DNA of 39,981 nt from a virus (taxonomy: Duplodnaviria > Caudoviricetes): positions 1-39,981 of the IMG/VR virus record IMGVR_UViG_3300046808_000067. One strand, given 5' to 3'. The notes under the pieces are model-generated. The model was not told where the DNA came from, did not search any database, and was given only the letters and a program-made list of their open reading frames with translations. The first letter of the stretch is position 1, and every line of letters begins with the position of its first letter. This document shows positions 1 to 7,302 of this stretch, one piece after another. A program made the translations under genes and the position numbers.

Positions 1-799
1 CACGGATATTCATGGTCACGGTCGTAGTCCCTGCTTGTGAGGCAGAAATCACAGGTCGCCCATGTGGATACCACTCCAATGCCTGCTCCCCATCACGGAA
101 AAGCATGACCTTATCAAAGCATTGGATTATGTCGCAGTCTTGACCAACCGTAGCCCCTACAGGATAGGGCAATGTCGTCGCCGTCATCGGAGTGGCCGAA
201 ATGTCGATCTTCTTGGCCAGAGTCTCCAGAGCAACGATGATGTACTCCTTGTTGGAGTCGTTAGGGTCGGAGAACACACAGGAGGCTAGAACCTCGCTAG
301 CAGCCGCATCGTTTACATTGATCTGCGTAATGCGCGGAGTAGCACCAAGAGCAACCGCAGATACGCCAGTCACAGGAAATGTAAGCTCGTCAACAGTAGT
401 AGCAGTAACGGCCTTGATTCCATTATTATCCGTGCCAGTAAAGGTGATCCCAGAAATTGTAAGATTGCCCGGCTGCCCGATAGTCAACCCATGACCCGCC
501 ACCGTAATGGTCACCACATTGGACGCATAGGACACGGCGGTGATCGCCAGATAGTACGGACTAGGTAGGATGTGGAATGGAAGCTGAAGCGGACTACCAC
601 CAGTAGTCAACGCAGGGTTAACCAACTGGACATTCTTCCGAGGCTTCCAGAAACCCTCCATGCGCCCATTGACGCTCTCACGAACCTCTCCGGGCTGGAG
701 TTGGTTAAGCTGCAATCTCTGGTTGACTGCATAGAACCCACGATCACCATCAGAGGCAATCGAATCGTCTAGCCCACCAGTAGACCTAAATTGGGACAT
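1..799 (-). CDS. 5' part (truncated by window edge) of a second allele of the tail nozzle/stabilisation protein gene at 36844-39300
   Basis: Colinear, gap-free match to 38502-39300 at constant offset 38501; ATG at 799 overlaps the upstream TAA (TAATG) as in the other copy. Confidence 0.9.
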   Translation of the reverse strand, partial: MSQFRSTGGLDDSIASDGDRGFYAVNQRLQLNQLQPGEVRESVNGRMEGFWKPRKNVQLVNPALTTGGSPLQLPFHILPSPYYLAITAVSYASNVVTITVAGHGLTIGQPGNLTISGITFTGTDNNGIKAVTATTVDELTFPVTGVSAVALGATPRITQINVNDAAASEVLASCVFSDPNDSNKEYIIVALETLAKKIDISATPMTATTLPYPVGATVGQDCDIIQCFDKVMLFRDGEQALEWYPHGRPVISASQAGTTTVTMNIR

Positions 800-1056
800 T
801 ACGCGTAGTACGCGACAACCGTGCCAGAACTAATCTGAACCTTGGTAAAGATACCACCAAGACCAGCACCAGCAGGAAGGGTCTTCCCATCAAGGTTGAT
901 GATGTCCGTAAGGTTGCCAGCAGTCTCGCCAGTATCGGTCAATAGTACGCTGTCCTCAATCGCTTGAATCCAACGGAAGTTGCCAGTTGCGCTGTCTGCG
1001 CCAGTAAGAACGATGCCGCCTTGTTGGCCTTGAAGTTGATAGGAGTCGCCTCTCAT
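799..1056 (-). CDS. Small hypothetical protein heading the tail operon (allele 1)
   Basis: ORF track 799-1062; MRGDSYQLQGQQGG start shared with 39300-39557; near-identical protein despite many synonymous changes. Confidence 0.85.
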   Translation of the reverse strand: MRGDSYQLQGQQGGIVLTGADSATGNFRWIQAIEDSVLLTDTGETAGNLTDIINLDGKTLPAGAGLGGIFTKVQISSGTVVAYYA

Positions 1057-1309
1057 ATACATCGCAAATGGCGGGGGATTACAATCGCGTCAATGCTAAA
1101 AAATCCTCGCAATCTGGCAAACCAATCGCCAGAGTGAGAACCACCCGCAGGTTCGCTTGCCGAGGACAAAACGCTCTTGCAGAGGCGCGGGGTGGTAGCG
1201 TCAAATTGCAGGGGGAATCCCAGCATGGCAAGTTCCTAGTCGGGAACATTGGATGAGAATGGAGGGGAATGGAGGGAAATGTGCGGGAGCGGGAATAGTA
1301 ATTTTACTT

Positions 1310-1337
1310 TTGACAATAGGATGTCTTTTGCTACAAT
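1310..1337 (+). promoter_or_regulatory. Sigma70-type promoter for a probably leaderless endonuclease mRNA
   Basis: TTGACA (1310-1315), 16-nt spacer ending TGc, TACAAT (1332-1337); ATG begins 7 nt after the -10. Confidence 0.75.
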
Positions 1338-1343
1338 CAACGC

Positions 1344-2000
1344 ATGTCCAACAACTGCGGAACCTACATTGTCAAGTGCGGCAACACTGCCTACATCGGA
1401 TCAAGCTCAAATCTCCAGCAACGGAAGTCGGCTCACAAGCGTGACCTTGAGCGTGGTATCCACCCGAACCAAAACCTCCAGAAATCTTTCAACGAGTCAA
1501 AAGACTTCTCGTTCATCCCACACCAGTTCATCACGCCAGTAGATTGCCCAGACGAGCTTCGGACGATTTTACGCAACGCCGAGCAAGTCCTGCTCGACGA
1601 TGCCACCAAGGCAAACCTGTGGATCATCTCCAATGTCTCGCAGAACGCATTCGGCCCACACGCTCGACCAGACATGGTCGCAAGGTGGCAAGATCCAGCG
1701 TTCCGTAGCCAGATGTCAAAAACGCTCCGCACTCGCGTGATTAGCGACGAAACCAAACGAAAGATGTCGCTGGCAAAAAAGGGAGCCAATAACGCCAAAG
1801 CTCGCAAGGTGATCGTCACCAACCCAGACGGGTCAGAGACCACATTCCAGACCACCACCGAGGCGGCGCAGTTCTTCCGCATCTCGCAGCAACTCCTGCA
1901 CCTCATGCTAAAAGGCAAGACCGCTTGGCCGGGCAAGGGGAAGTTCATCCGCAACAAGGAAAACGAGTGGATGAGGGAGTACGATGCGAGGTTGGTGTAA
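1344..2000 (+). CDS. Free-standing GIY-YIG homing endonuclease with NUMOD3-like and C-terminal NUMOD1/HTH-like DNA-binding modules
   Basis: GTY-x8-YIGSS then R..H motif; SDETKRKMSLAKKG (NUMOD3-like); FQTTTEAAQFFRIS (NUMOD1-like); opposite strand to its neighbours. Confidence 0.9.
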   Translation: MSNNCGTYIVKCGNTAYIGSSSNLQQRKSAHKRDLERGIHPNQNLQKSFNESKDFSFIPHQFITPVDCPDELRTILRNAEQVLLDDATKANLWIISNVSQNAFGPHARPDMVARWQDPAFRSQMSKTLRTRVISDETKRKMSLAKKGANNAKARKVIVTNPDGSETTFQTTTEAAQFFRISQQLLHLMLKGKTAWPGKGKFIRNKENEWMREYDARLV

Positions 2001-2006
2001 GTGCCA

Positions 2007-2083
2007 CTTTGGGGAATTTTTGGAGGGGGGGTTAATCGTCCCCGCTTTTGCTGGCCGCCAGAATTTCGACCCCCTCCCCCCCC
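2007..2083. other. Conserved non-coding motif ending in a C-run (G-run on minus), also at 39681-39755; candidate packaging/genome-end signal
   Basis: CTTTG..ATTTTT..GGTT..GACCCCC(T/G)CCCCCC aligns gap-free in both alleles (CTTTG to GA spacing 61 nt in both). Confidence 0.5.
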
Positions 2084-2471
2084 TAGTCTATTGTTACAAG
2101 CGGTGACAAGGTTTGTAATCCGTAGTCGCGTTCCACGGGAATCACCAGCATTCATCGTTGTTCCACAGGATTTGGTGGTCGCCAATCAGTAAGCAACCCG
2201 TTAGTTCCGAGTCGCAACACAAGATGTGGTGTGGTGATCGACCCTCGCGTGCGCGTTTCTGAGTTTCTCTCGAAAACTGCGAACCATTTCCTCGCCCATT
2301 TCCCCTATCATCGTTCACATCAACGCAACTTTGCACCAGAATGCCCTACAATCGTTTTGACCCCCAATATGGACTCAACACCCACAAGAAAGCTCAAAGC
2401 CGCTTGTGAGCGATTCTGGAGCGATCTAGAGGGTACTACGCGCAGTTTGGTGGAAGAACTTGTCTGTAGGG

Positions 2472-3707
2472 TCACACAAACTCCTGATACTGACCGTTCA
2501 ATCGCAGTGGCAGCACCACATCCCTGCGTCCATTCCGAAGCTTGCCGATCTTCAACCCATCCTCAGCGATGAAGATGAGAGCGTCAGCGTCCTGCTCAAT
2601 AGCTCTAGACTCTCGGACTTGATTGTTGTCGTTGAGCTGTGAGGCTGAGATGACCGGGCATTGCAGGTGCTTGGCCAACTGCTTGAGTCCTCCAGAGACT
2701 CTGGCGACCTCTTCCTCGCGTGATTCCCTGCTTGAGCGTGACCCACGGATGAGTTGCAGGTAATCCACGACCACAAGGTCTAGGGAGCCGTGCAGGTCGC
2801 GGATGCGCTCGGCCTCAGCCGCGATGGAGTCGATGCTCTGGTTGGAGCTGGAGTCAACCCAGAGTGGAGCCGAGCTGATCTGCTCCACACCACGCTGGAT
2901 TTTCTGTAGCTCATGCTTGGCTGCCGAGCGTGGCTGAGTGATCGACCCGTAGTTCGTGTGGGTCATCACCGAGATGAGTCGACCGATGACTTCGTGGTTC
3001 ATCATCTCTAGGCTGTGAATGGCAACTGGTCTCTGGTCGGCGATAAATTTGCTAGCGATCTGGAGCATGAGTACGCTCTTGCCTCGGCTCGGCTTGCCAG
3101 CAATCACCCAAAACTCGCCCGGACGCATGCCACCGCAAATCTCGTCGAGTTCCGCGATGCCTGTAGACATGCCCGGAAGGTTGCCAGAATTGTAGTCCCG
3201 CAGGAGGTTTTCTATGAACTGCTTTCCAGCCTTCTCAGCGTCGATACTGCGTTGTTTGCCGCTCACGACCTGCTGGAGGCTTTGGAGGGTTGTACGGAAG
3301 GAATCTATGGCTGCGGTAGCGTCCTCAGCCTCTGCGATCTGCCTCGCTGCCTGCTGGGCCAAGCGTCTGGCTTGGTACTCCTTTAGGATGCTCACCCACT
3401 GTGACCAGCCCGATGGTGTTGGCGAGTAGTTCCAGACTTCCACTACCTGTGCGGCTCCACCGATGCGGTCTAGCTCTCCGTTGTCTTGCAGGTGTTGGAT
3501 AACCGCGATCAGGTCTTGCTGACCCTCAGTGTTCGGCTGGAGCGTCCTAGCGACCTTCCAGAGGGTCTTGGTATCTGGATGCCAGAACGAGTCCTCGGAG
3601 ATGCCGTCAGCGGCAGCACGCTTGAGTAGCGTAGCGTCCTTCAGGATGCTAGAGACGACTGCCTTCTCGGAGGGGTGAGCGGATGGGATGATTGTTTCTT
3701 CTGTCAT
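2472..3707 (-). CDS. dnaB: Replicative DNA helicase, DnaB family
   Basis: Walker A AGKPSRGKS, SLEM, VVVDYLQL, SQLND, RESRAIEQDAD, K.RNG motifs; DnaB N-terminal domain (EKAVVSSIL). Confidence 0.95.
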   Translation of the reverse strand: MTEETIIPSAHPSEKAVVSSILKDATLLKRAAADGISEDSFWHPDTKTLWKVARTLQPNTEGQQDLIAVIQHLQDNGELDRIGGAAQVVEVWNYSPTPSGWSQWVSILKEYQARRLAQQAARQIAEAEDATAAIDSFRTTLQSLQQVVSGKQRSIDAEKAGKQFIENLLRDYNSGNLPGMSTGIAELDEICGGMRPGEFWVIAGKPSRGKSVLMLQIASKFIADQRPVAIHSLEMMNHEVIGRLISVMTHTNYGSITQPRSAAKHELQKIQRGVEQISSAPLWVDSSSNQSIDSIAAEAERIRDLHGSLDLVVVDYLQLIRGSRSSRESREEEVARVSGGLKQLAKHLQCPVISASQLNDNNQVRESRAIEQDADALIFIAEDGLKIGKLRNGRRDVVLPLRLNGQYQEFV

Positions 3708-3711
3708 TGGT

Positions 3712-4335
3712 TCAGATTCCGAACTGGTCGGAGGTTTGTGGTTTGGTTGCTGGTTTGTCCTTGGACTGCCAAGTCCGTACGGCTGCCTTCCAATTCTTCA
3801 TTGGAGACTTACCGATCATCCAGCCCTTTGACTCGTAGTAGTCGCAGAACTGCTCGGCCTTGAGGAATGGTGGTGTCAGAGTCCGTCCGTAGGCAAGAAC
3901 TTCTTGTGAGGTTGGTTTCTTGAACCTCTTCTGTGGTTTCTCCTCGTTGTTTGTTGTCCCTATATTGGTTCTATTGACGGTTCTTATATATAGGGCAGGT
4001 GTCACGGTGACACTTCTAGAGGTGTCACGCTGACACTTCTCAACTTCCAGAGGTGTCACGGTGACACTTCTACAGGTGTCAGACTGACACTTCTTAATCT
4101 GGTAAATCACCTCGTTGCGTCCGCGATTCCGCTCAATAATTCCATCCGCTTCCAGCCTGTCCAACGCTCGGAACACAGTCCTGCGTGACAAGCCAGTCTC
4201 TGACGCAATGGTGTCAATGTGCGGCCAAGCAATGCCCTCATCGCTCGCGTTGTCAGCAAGCTTCAGCAGCACCAGCTTTGCCCGGTAATCGGACACGGGT
4301 GTCTTCCACGCTTGTGAGATGTAGTGTATGCTCAC
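3712..4335 (-). CDS. Phage replication initiator (N-terminal winged HTH, conserved C-terminal domain)
   Basis: KLVLLKLAD..WPHIDTIASETGLSRRTVFRALDRLE HTH; FKKPT..EV..FCDYYESKGW..MKNWKAAVRTW; directly upstream of dnaB; internal iterons. Confidence 0.85.
   Translation of the reverse strand: MSIHYISQAWKTPVSDYRAKLVLLKLADNASDEGIAWPHIDTIASETGLSRRTVFRALDRLEADGIIERNRGRNEVIYQIKKCQSDTCRSVTVTPLEVEKCQRDTSRSVTVTPALYIRTVNRTNIGTTNNEEKPQKRFKKPTSQEVLAYGRTLTPPFLKAEQFCDYYESKGWMIGKSPMKNWKAAVRTWQSKDKPATKPQTSDQFGI
3960..4094. repeat. Probable replication origin: four iterons plus adjacent AT-rich tract inside the initiator gene
   Basis: AGGTGTCAnnnTGACACTTCT starting at 3997, 4020, 4051, 4074, each holding the palindrome GTGTCA-N3-TGACAC; AT-rich 3960-3992. 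Confidence 0.85.
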
Positions 4336-4535
4336 TGCTCGTCCTCCACGATTGCCTCGTCAAAATAATCTGAATATCTTCTGATGAGCCACTCAATCGC
4401 AGCACCTCTGGATTTCTCTCCACGGAAATATTCCCGCTGGAAAAATTCAAGTTGGCTCCATGCCTCTGGTGACATTGAGATGCTGCAACATCTGCGGCGT
4501 TGCTCTTGTGGTTTTGATGGTCGTCCTCGTTTCAT
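4332..4535 (-). CDS. Small ribbon-helix-helix-like DNA-binding protein
   Basis: KRGRP basic start, SISMSPEAWSQLE..SRGAAIEWLI pattern; stop overlaps initiator start. Confidence 0.55.
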   Translation of the reverse strand: MKRGRPSKPQEQRRRCCSISMSPEAWSQLEFFQREYFRGEKSRGAAIEWLIRRYSDYFDEAIVEDEQ

Positions 4536-4629
4536 TGCATTTCTTACAGGTTGGTGATTGTTTGTATTCTTCTAGGTGTCTTGGGAGTCCACATGTTATG
4601 CAGATTCTCCACGGTGTGCGTTCGGTCAT
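4447..4629 (-). CDS. Small CxxC/CxxC Zn-finger-like hypothetical protein
   Basis: CITC and CKKC; ATGA coupling to upstream gene; tail overlaps next gene. Confidence 0.5.
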   Translation of the reverse strand: MTERTPWRICITCGLPRHLEEYKQSPTCKKCNETRTTIKTTRATPQMLQHLNVTRGMEPT

Positions 4630-4904
4630 GGGTATCGGTGGTCGTTGTCGTGATCAGCAGATGTAAACGGGTTTGGGTCAAATGGCCAAGCTTCCGCTCT
4701 CAACACCTGTTCACGCAATCGCTGCACCTCTGCTAGAAGTTTCGCCTCACGCTCGGCACTCATTCCGAGGAGTCTGGCTTGCTCCTCGCATTCCTTCCGA
4801 GCATCGTCACGCTCTCGCTCCAGCTTCCTCAAAAACCTAATGGCTTCTGCGTCTGCTTTGAAGTCGTGGTATCTCCAACTATCCTGTGTTTCTTCAGTAT
4901 TCAT
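4626..4904 (-). CDS. Hypothetical coiled-coil protein
   Basis: RKLERERDDARK heptads; coupled overlaps on both sides. Confidence 0.7.
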   Translation of the reverse strand: MNTEETQDSWRYHDFKADAEAIRFLRKLERERDDARKECEEQARLLGMSAEREAKLLAEVQRLREQVLRAEAWPFDPNPFTSADHDNDHRYP

Positions 4905-5161
4905 TGCATGTCTTCTATTGCCATCAACGCTCGGTCGATGATGTTGGTAAGCCTGTGCAGTTCCTGCTTCAGCTTTGCGTTCTGCGCCTCGGCCTCATCG
5001 GCCCTGCGCTTCCACTCGCGGATGACCCGGCACATGCTCTCAACCGAGATGTGGTGACTGACCCTGCGGTCGCAGCAGTCGCACACGCGATCTACCTCTG
5101 GCGGCATGGGTTGGAGGCATGTGGGACAGTCCCAGTAGTCGTCTTCGTTATTGCAGCACAT
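4901..5161 (-). CDS. Hypothetical Cys-rich protein
   Basis: CPTC, CDCC then coiled coil; start placed at MCCNN. Confidence 0.65.
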   Translation of the reverse strand: MCCNNEDDYWDCPTCLQPMPPEVDRVCDCCDRRVSHHISVESMCRVIREWKRRADEAEAQNAKLKQELHRLTNIIDRALMAIEDMQ

Positions 5162-5339
5162 ATGGTTCCTCCTGTTCAAATTCAATCACCTCGTCAATCG
5201 CGTTCCAGATTGCGTTGATGATCTCGTTCTCTAGATGAAGCGGATCAGGTGTATCGGTGTGCTTGTGGGCGCGGTAACGACCATAAGCGTATCCTTCGTC
5301 AATTGCCTTTGCTAGTATCACTCTTGTCTTTGGTCTCAT
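5148..5339 (-). CDS. Hypothetical protein
   Basis: In-operon ORF with A-rich leader (AAACCAATG). Confidence 0.65.
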   Translation of the reverse strand: MRPKTRVILAKAIDEGYAYGRYRAHKHTDTPDPLHLENEIINAIWNAIDEVIEFEQEEPYVLQ

Positions 5340-5445
5340 TGGTTTCTGTGGTTTGTGGTTTCTCCTTGCGGAAGATGTCGTCGTAGTTCTGCCCGTAGAC
5401 CTCTTGGTTCACCGGGCGTTTGCGGTCACCCTTGCCTGCGCTCAC
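5299..5445 (-). CDS. Small phage protein (SAGKGD..RP..NYDDIF type)
   Basis: GTG start overlapping upstream TGA; recurrent small phage-protein pattern. Confidence 0.6.
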   Translation of the reverse strand: MSAGKGDRKRPVNQEVYGQNYDDIFRKEKPQTTETNETKDKSDTSKGN

Positions 5446-5618
5446 GCTGCACCCCCTTTGTACTGGAGATAGCACCAGATCAACCCAACCCACCATGCGA
5501 TGGCAGATGCTAGGATAAACACCCTGTCCCAGCGGATTTGGTGCTGTGGGCGGCGGCGGGGCATGTGGATTATTGGCAGGCTAATCCGGGCCTTCTTGGG
5601 TTGTGGTTTGCGTTTCAT
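5442..5618 (-). CDS. Small membrane protein
   Basis: Basic N-terminus then VFILASAIAWWVGLIWCYL. Confidence 0.6.
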   Translation of the reverse strand: MKRKPQPKKARISLPIIHMPRRRPQHQIRWDRVFILASAIAWWVGLIWCYLQYKGGAA

Positions 5619-5620
5619 GG

Positions 5621-5725
5621 TTAGTAGCTGTGTGTAAATTCTGCGAGGAGGATTGCGGCCTGCACGAAGACCCATCCTAGGGCTGCACAGGCAATGGTTT
5701 GAGCGATGAATGTTATTGCTTTCAT
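5621..5725 (-). CDS. 34-aa single-pass membrane peptide (not in ORF track)
   Basis: MKAITFIAQTIACAALGWVFVQAAILLAEFTHSY; fills the gap between neighbours; ACCAACCAAC leader. Confidence 0.65.
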   Translation of the reverse strand: MKAITFIAQTIACAALGWVFVQAAILLAEFTHSY

Positions 5726-5741
5726 GTTGGTTGGTTGGTGG

Positions 5742-5993
5742 TTATGCAACGCGATCTGCGTATGATTCCAAGATTTGAGACTCCACCGTCAATGTTGGGC
5801 CTTTTCTGTAGAATTTGCTCTGTGTGATTTTGCGGATGAGAACGCATGTGGCATCTGAATCTCCAACTGCTGGAAGAACAATCCACCACTGTGTGGTGCG
5901 TGGAGTTTCAACGCGCATGATTGATTTCATTCCATCAAGCGTGGCAATCGTTTTGCGATCCATGTAGCGGAAGTGGCTAAGTTGCTTTTTCAT
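5742..5993 (-). CDS. Hypothetical protein
   Basis: ORF with AACCAATACA leader, first gene after the 6075-6116 terminator. Confidence 0.65.
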   Translation of the reverse strand: MKKQLSHFRYMDRKTIATLDGMKSIMRVETPRTTQWWIVLPAVGDSDATCVLIRKITQSKFYRKGPTLTVESQILESYADRVA

Positions 5994-6074
5994 TGTATTG
6001 GTTGGTTCTGGTTAGTTCTTGGTGTCGCTCGCGGCGACGAGAAGAACTTCCCACACATGTGGAATAAACTCAAC

Positions 6075-6116
6075 AAAAAAAATAGGGTGAGGTGAAAATA
6101 ATTTCACAACACCCTG
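6075..6116 (-). terminator. Intrinsic terminator
   Basis: Minus strand AGGGTG-TT-GTGAAA-TTAT-TTTCAC-CT-CACCCT hairpin followed by a long T run. Confidence 0.65.
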
Positions 6117-6142
6117 AATCCCGCTTAAAACCTAGGATTTTT

Positions 6143-6529
6143 TTACTCCAATTCGTCGTCCAAGCCGGGGTATTCTGGCAATTTTGAGGGTTCTGGGACA
6201 TCTTCGTGAGAAATTCCCTGCTCGTCGATGATGAGAGCCTTGGCCAAGATCGCGTAGTTCACAAGGTCGAGACAGGCATCCTCAGCAGACTCATTTGGAA
6301 CGGCAAGCTTTCCGTCTGCGGCGAATGACCGCAGCCTCTGGAGCTTGTCCTGCATACGGAGCAGCAGCCCAGTGATAGGGTGCATGCCCAGAGACACACT
6401 AGCTTTGAAATTAGCCAGAGCATCCTGCGCTTGTTCTCCACCTGAGTAGTCATTGTTCTTCTTGTCCATGATTGCCAACGCTTGTCGGCAAGTTTCGTTG
6501 TGTATTTTTAGTAGTGCTGTTTTGTTCAT
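6143..6529 (-). CDS. Nucleotide-modification-associated domain 1 (Nmad1/DUF1599-like, MazG-fold) protein
   Basis: KKNNDYS..NF..RMQDKLQRL..ESAEDACLDLVNYAIL signature. Confidence 0.75.
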   Translation of the reverse strand: MNKTALLKIHNETCRQALAIMDKKNNDYSGGEQAQDALANFKASVSLGMHPITGLLLRMQDKLQRLRSFAADGKLAVPNESAEDACLDLVNYAILAKALIIDEQGISHEDVPEPSKLPEYPGLDDELE

Positions 6530-6680
6530 GTCGTTTGTTCCATGTTTTGTAGTTACTTTCGTCCGCGTAAAATGGGTCGTTCTTCATCAACCATCGCTCG
6601 CATGCCCGGCGCACATCCAAGAACATCTCCTGTGGGAGACCGTCTTCAGCTAGTGTTGGGTTGCGTACAAACCTAGGCAT
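6450..6680 (-). CDS. Hypothetical protein
   Basis: In-operon ORF; C-terminus overlaps next gene. Confidence 0.5.
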   Translation of the reverse strand: MPRFVRNPTLAEDGLPQEMFLDVRRACERWLMKNDPFYADESNYKTWNKRHEQNSTTKNTQRNLPTSVGNHGQEEQ

Positions 6681-6751
6681 GGTTTCCGTCAATAGGTGGC
6701 ATTAGAAATAGCGCGACAATCATTGCTATGACTAAAAAGTATGTGATGTCC

Positions 6752-6985
6752 TCATGCATTGATTAAGCGATGTTTGATTCGTGACATATGTTCGCATGCG
6801 TCAACAAACTCTCCAGCGTCATGCCTGTTTGTGAGTGCAGCAAGATCATCCTCTAGGCAGTTCAAGCAAACCTTGCCGCCTCTCGCTCCAGTCTCGCACC
6901 CATCACGCTCGCAGGTGCTGTAGGTGGTTGGCCACAGAGGAAACTGATATTGGATATCGTAGATGAGTTGGTCGATGGTCTTCAT
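6752..6985 (-). CDS. Hypothetical Cys-containing protein
   Basis: ATGA overlap with upstream stop; CERDGC..CLNC. Confidence 0.65.
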   Translation of the reverse strand: MKTIDQLIYDIQYQFPLWPTTYSTCERDGCETGARGGKVCLNCLEDDLAALTNRHDAGEFVDACEHMSRIKHRLINA

Positions 6986-7302
6986 GACAGGTCTAGTACT
7001 TTCAGTTCGTAGCGGTTTGTCTTTGCGTTCTTCTTCCAGCCGTGAATGAGGATCTTCCACCCAGCCCGGCGAAGGCAGTCAAGGAAGGGTGAATCGGACA
7101 TCTTCTTTGCCCTCGCTGACACATTGTTCCAGCTCGTCGTCTGGACGGCAATGGTCTCGTTGCCAGCGCAGGCTAGGACATCCACGAAGCCGAATAGATC
7201 CTTGCGGCGGCGTGAGAACTGACACCAATGCTCGACGACCTGCACACAGTCCGTGGCCTTGCGTAGTTCCTTTAGCGTGAGCTGTGTCGGTGAAGTCTTC
7301 AT
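6982..7302 (-). CDS. Small PD-(D/E)XK nuclease, Holliday-junction-resolvase-like
   Basis: DLFGFVDVLA..IAVQTT motif, size 106 aa. Confidence 0.7.
   Translation of the reverse strand: MKTSPTQLTLKELRKATDCVQVVEHWCQFSRRRKDLFGFVDVLACAGNETIAVQTTSWNNVSARAKKMSDSPFLDCLRRAGWKILIHGWKKNAKTNRYELKVLDLS

Larger units (their letters stand above)
1..1062. repeat. Diverged direct repeat of 38502-39563 (two alleles)
   Basis: First 127 nt identical, first mismatch at 128; 9 mismatches in 121-180 and 11 in 181-240, mostly synonymous; a long identical block around 660-773. Confidence 0.95.

Noticed and set aside
1103-1196. HDV/theta ribozyme
   Set aside because: Pseudoknot order is similar but the P3/L3, P1.1 GG and J4/2 catalytic C elements are missing on both strands
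2231-2572. Plus-strand 113-aa ORF after the C-run motif
   Set aside because: No motif, overlaps dnaB antisense, not present in allele 2; likely non-coding
3997-4094. CRISPR mini-array
   Set aside because: Spacers are only 2-10 nt, repeats lie in frame in the initiator gene, no cas genes
6058-6067. DnaA box (TGTGGAATAA; also TGTGGATAT near 17594)
   Set aside because: Imperfect, isolated matches expected by chance
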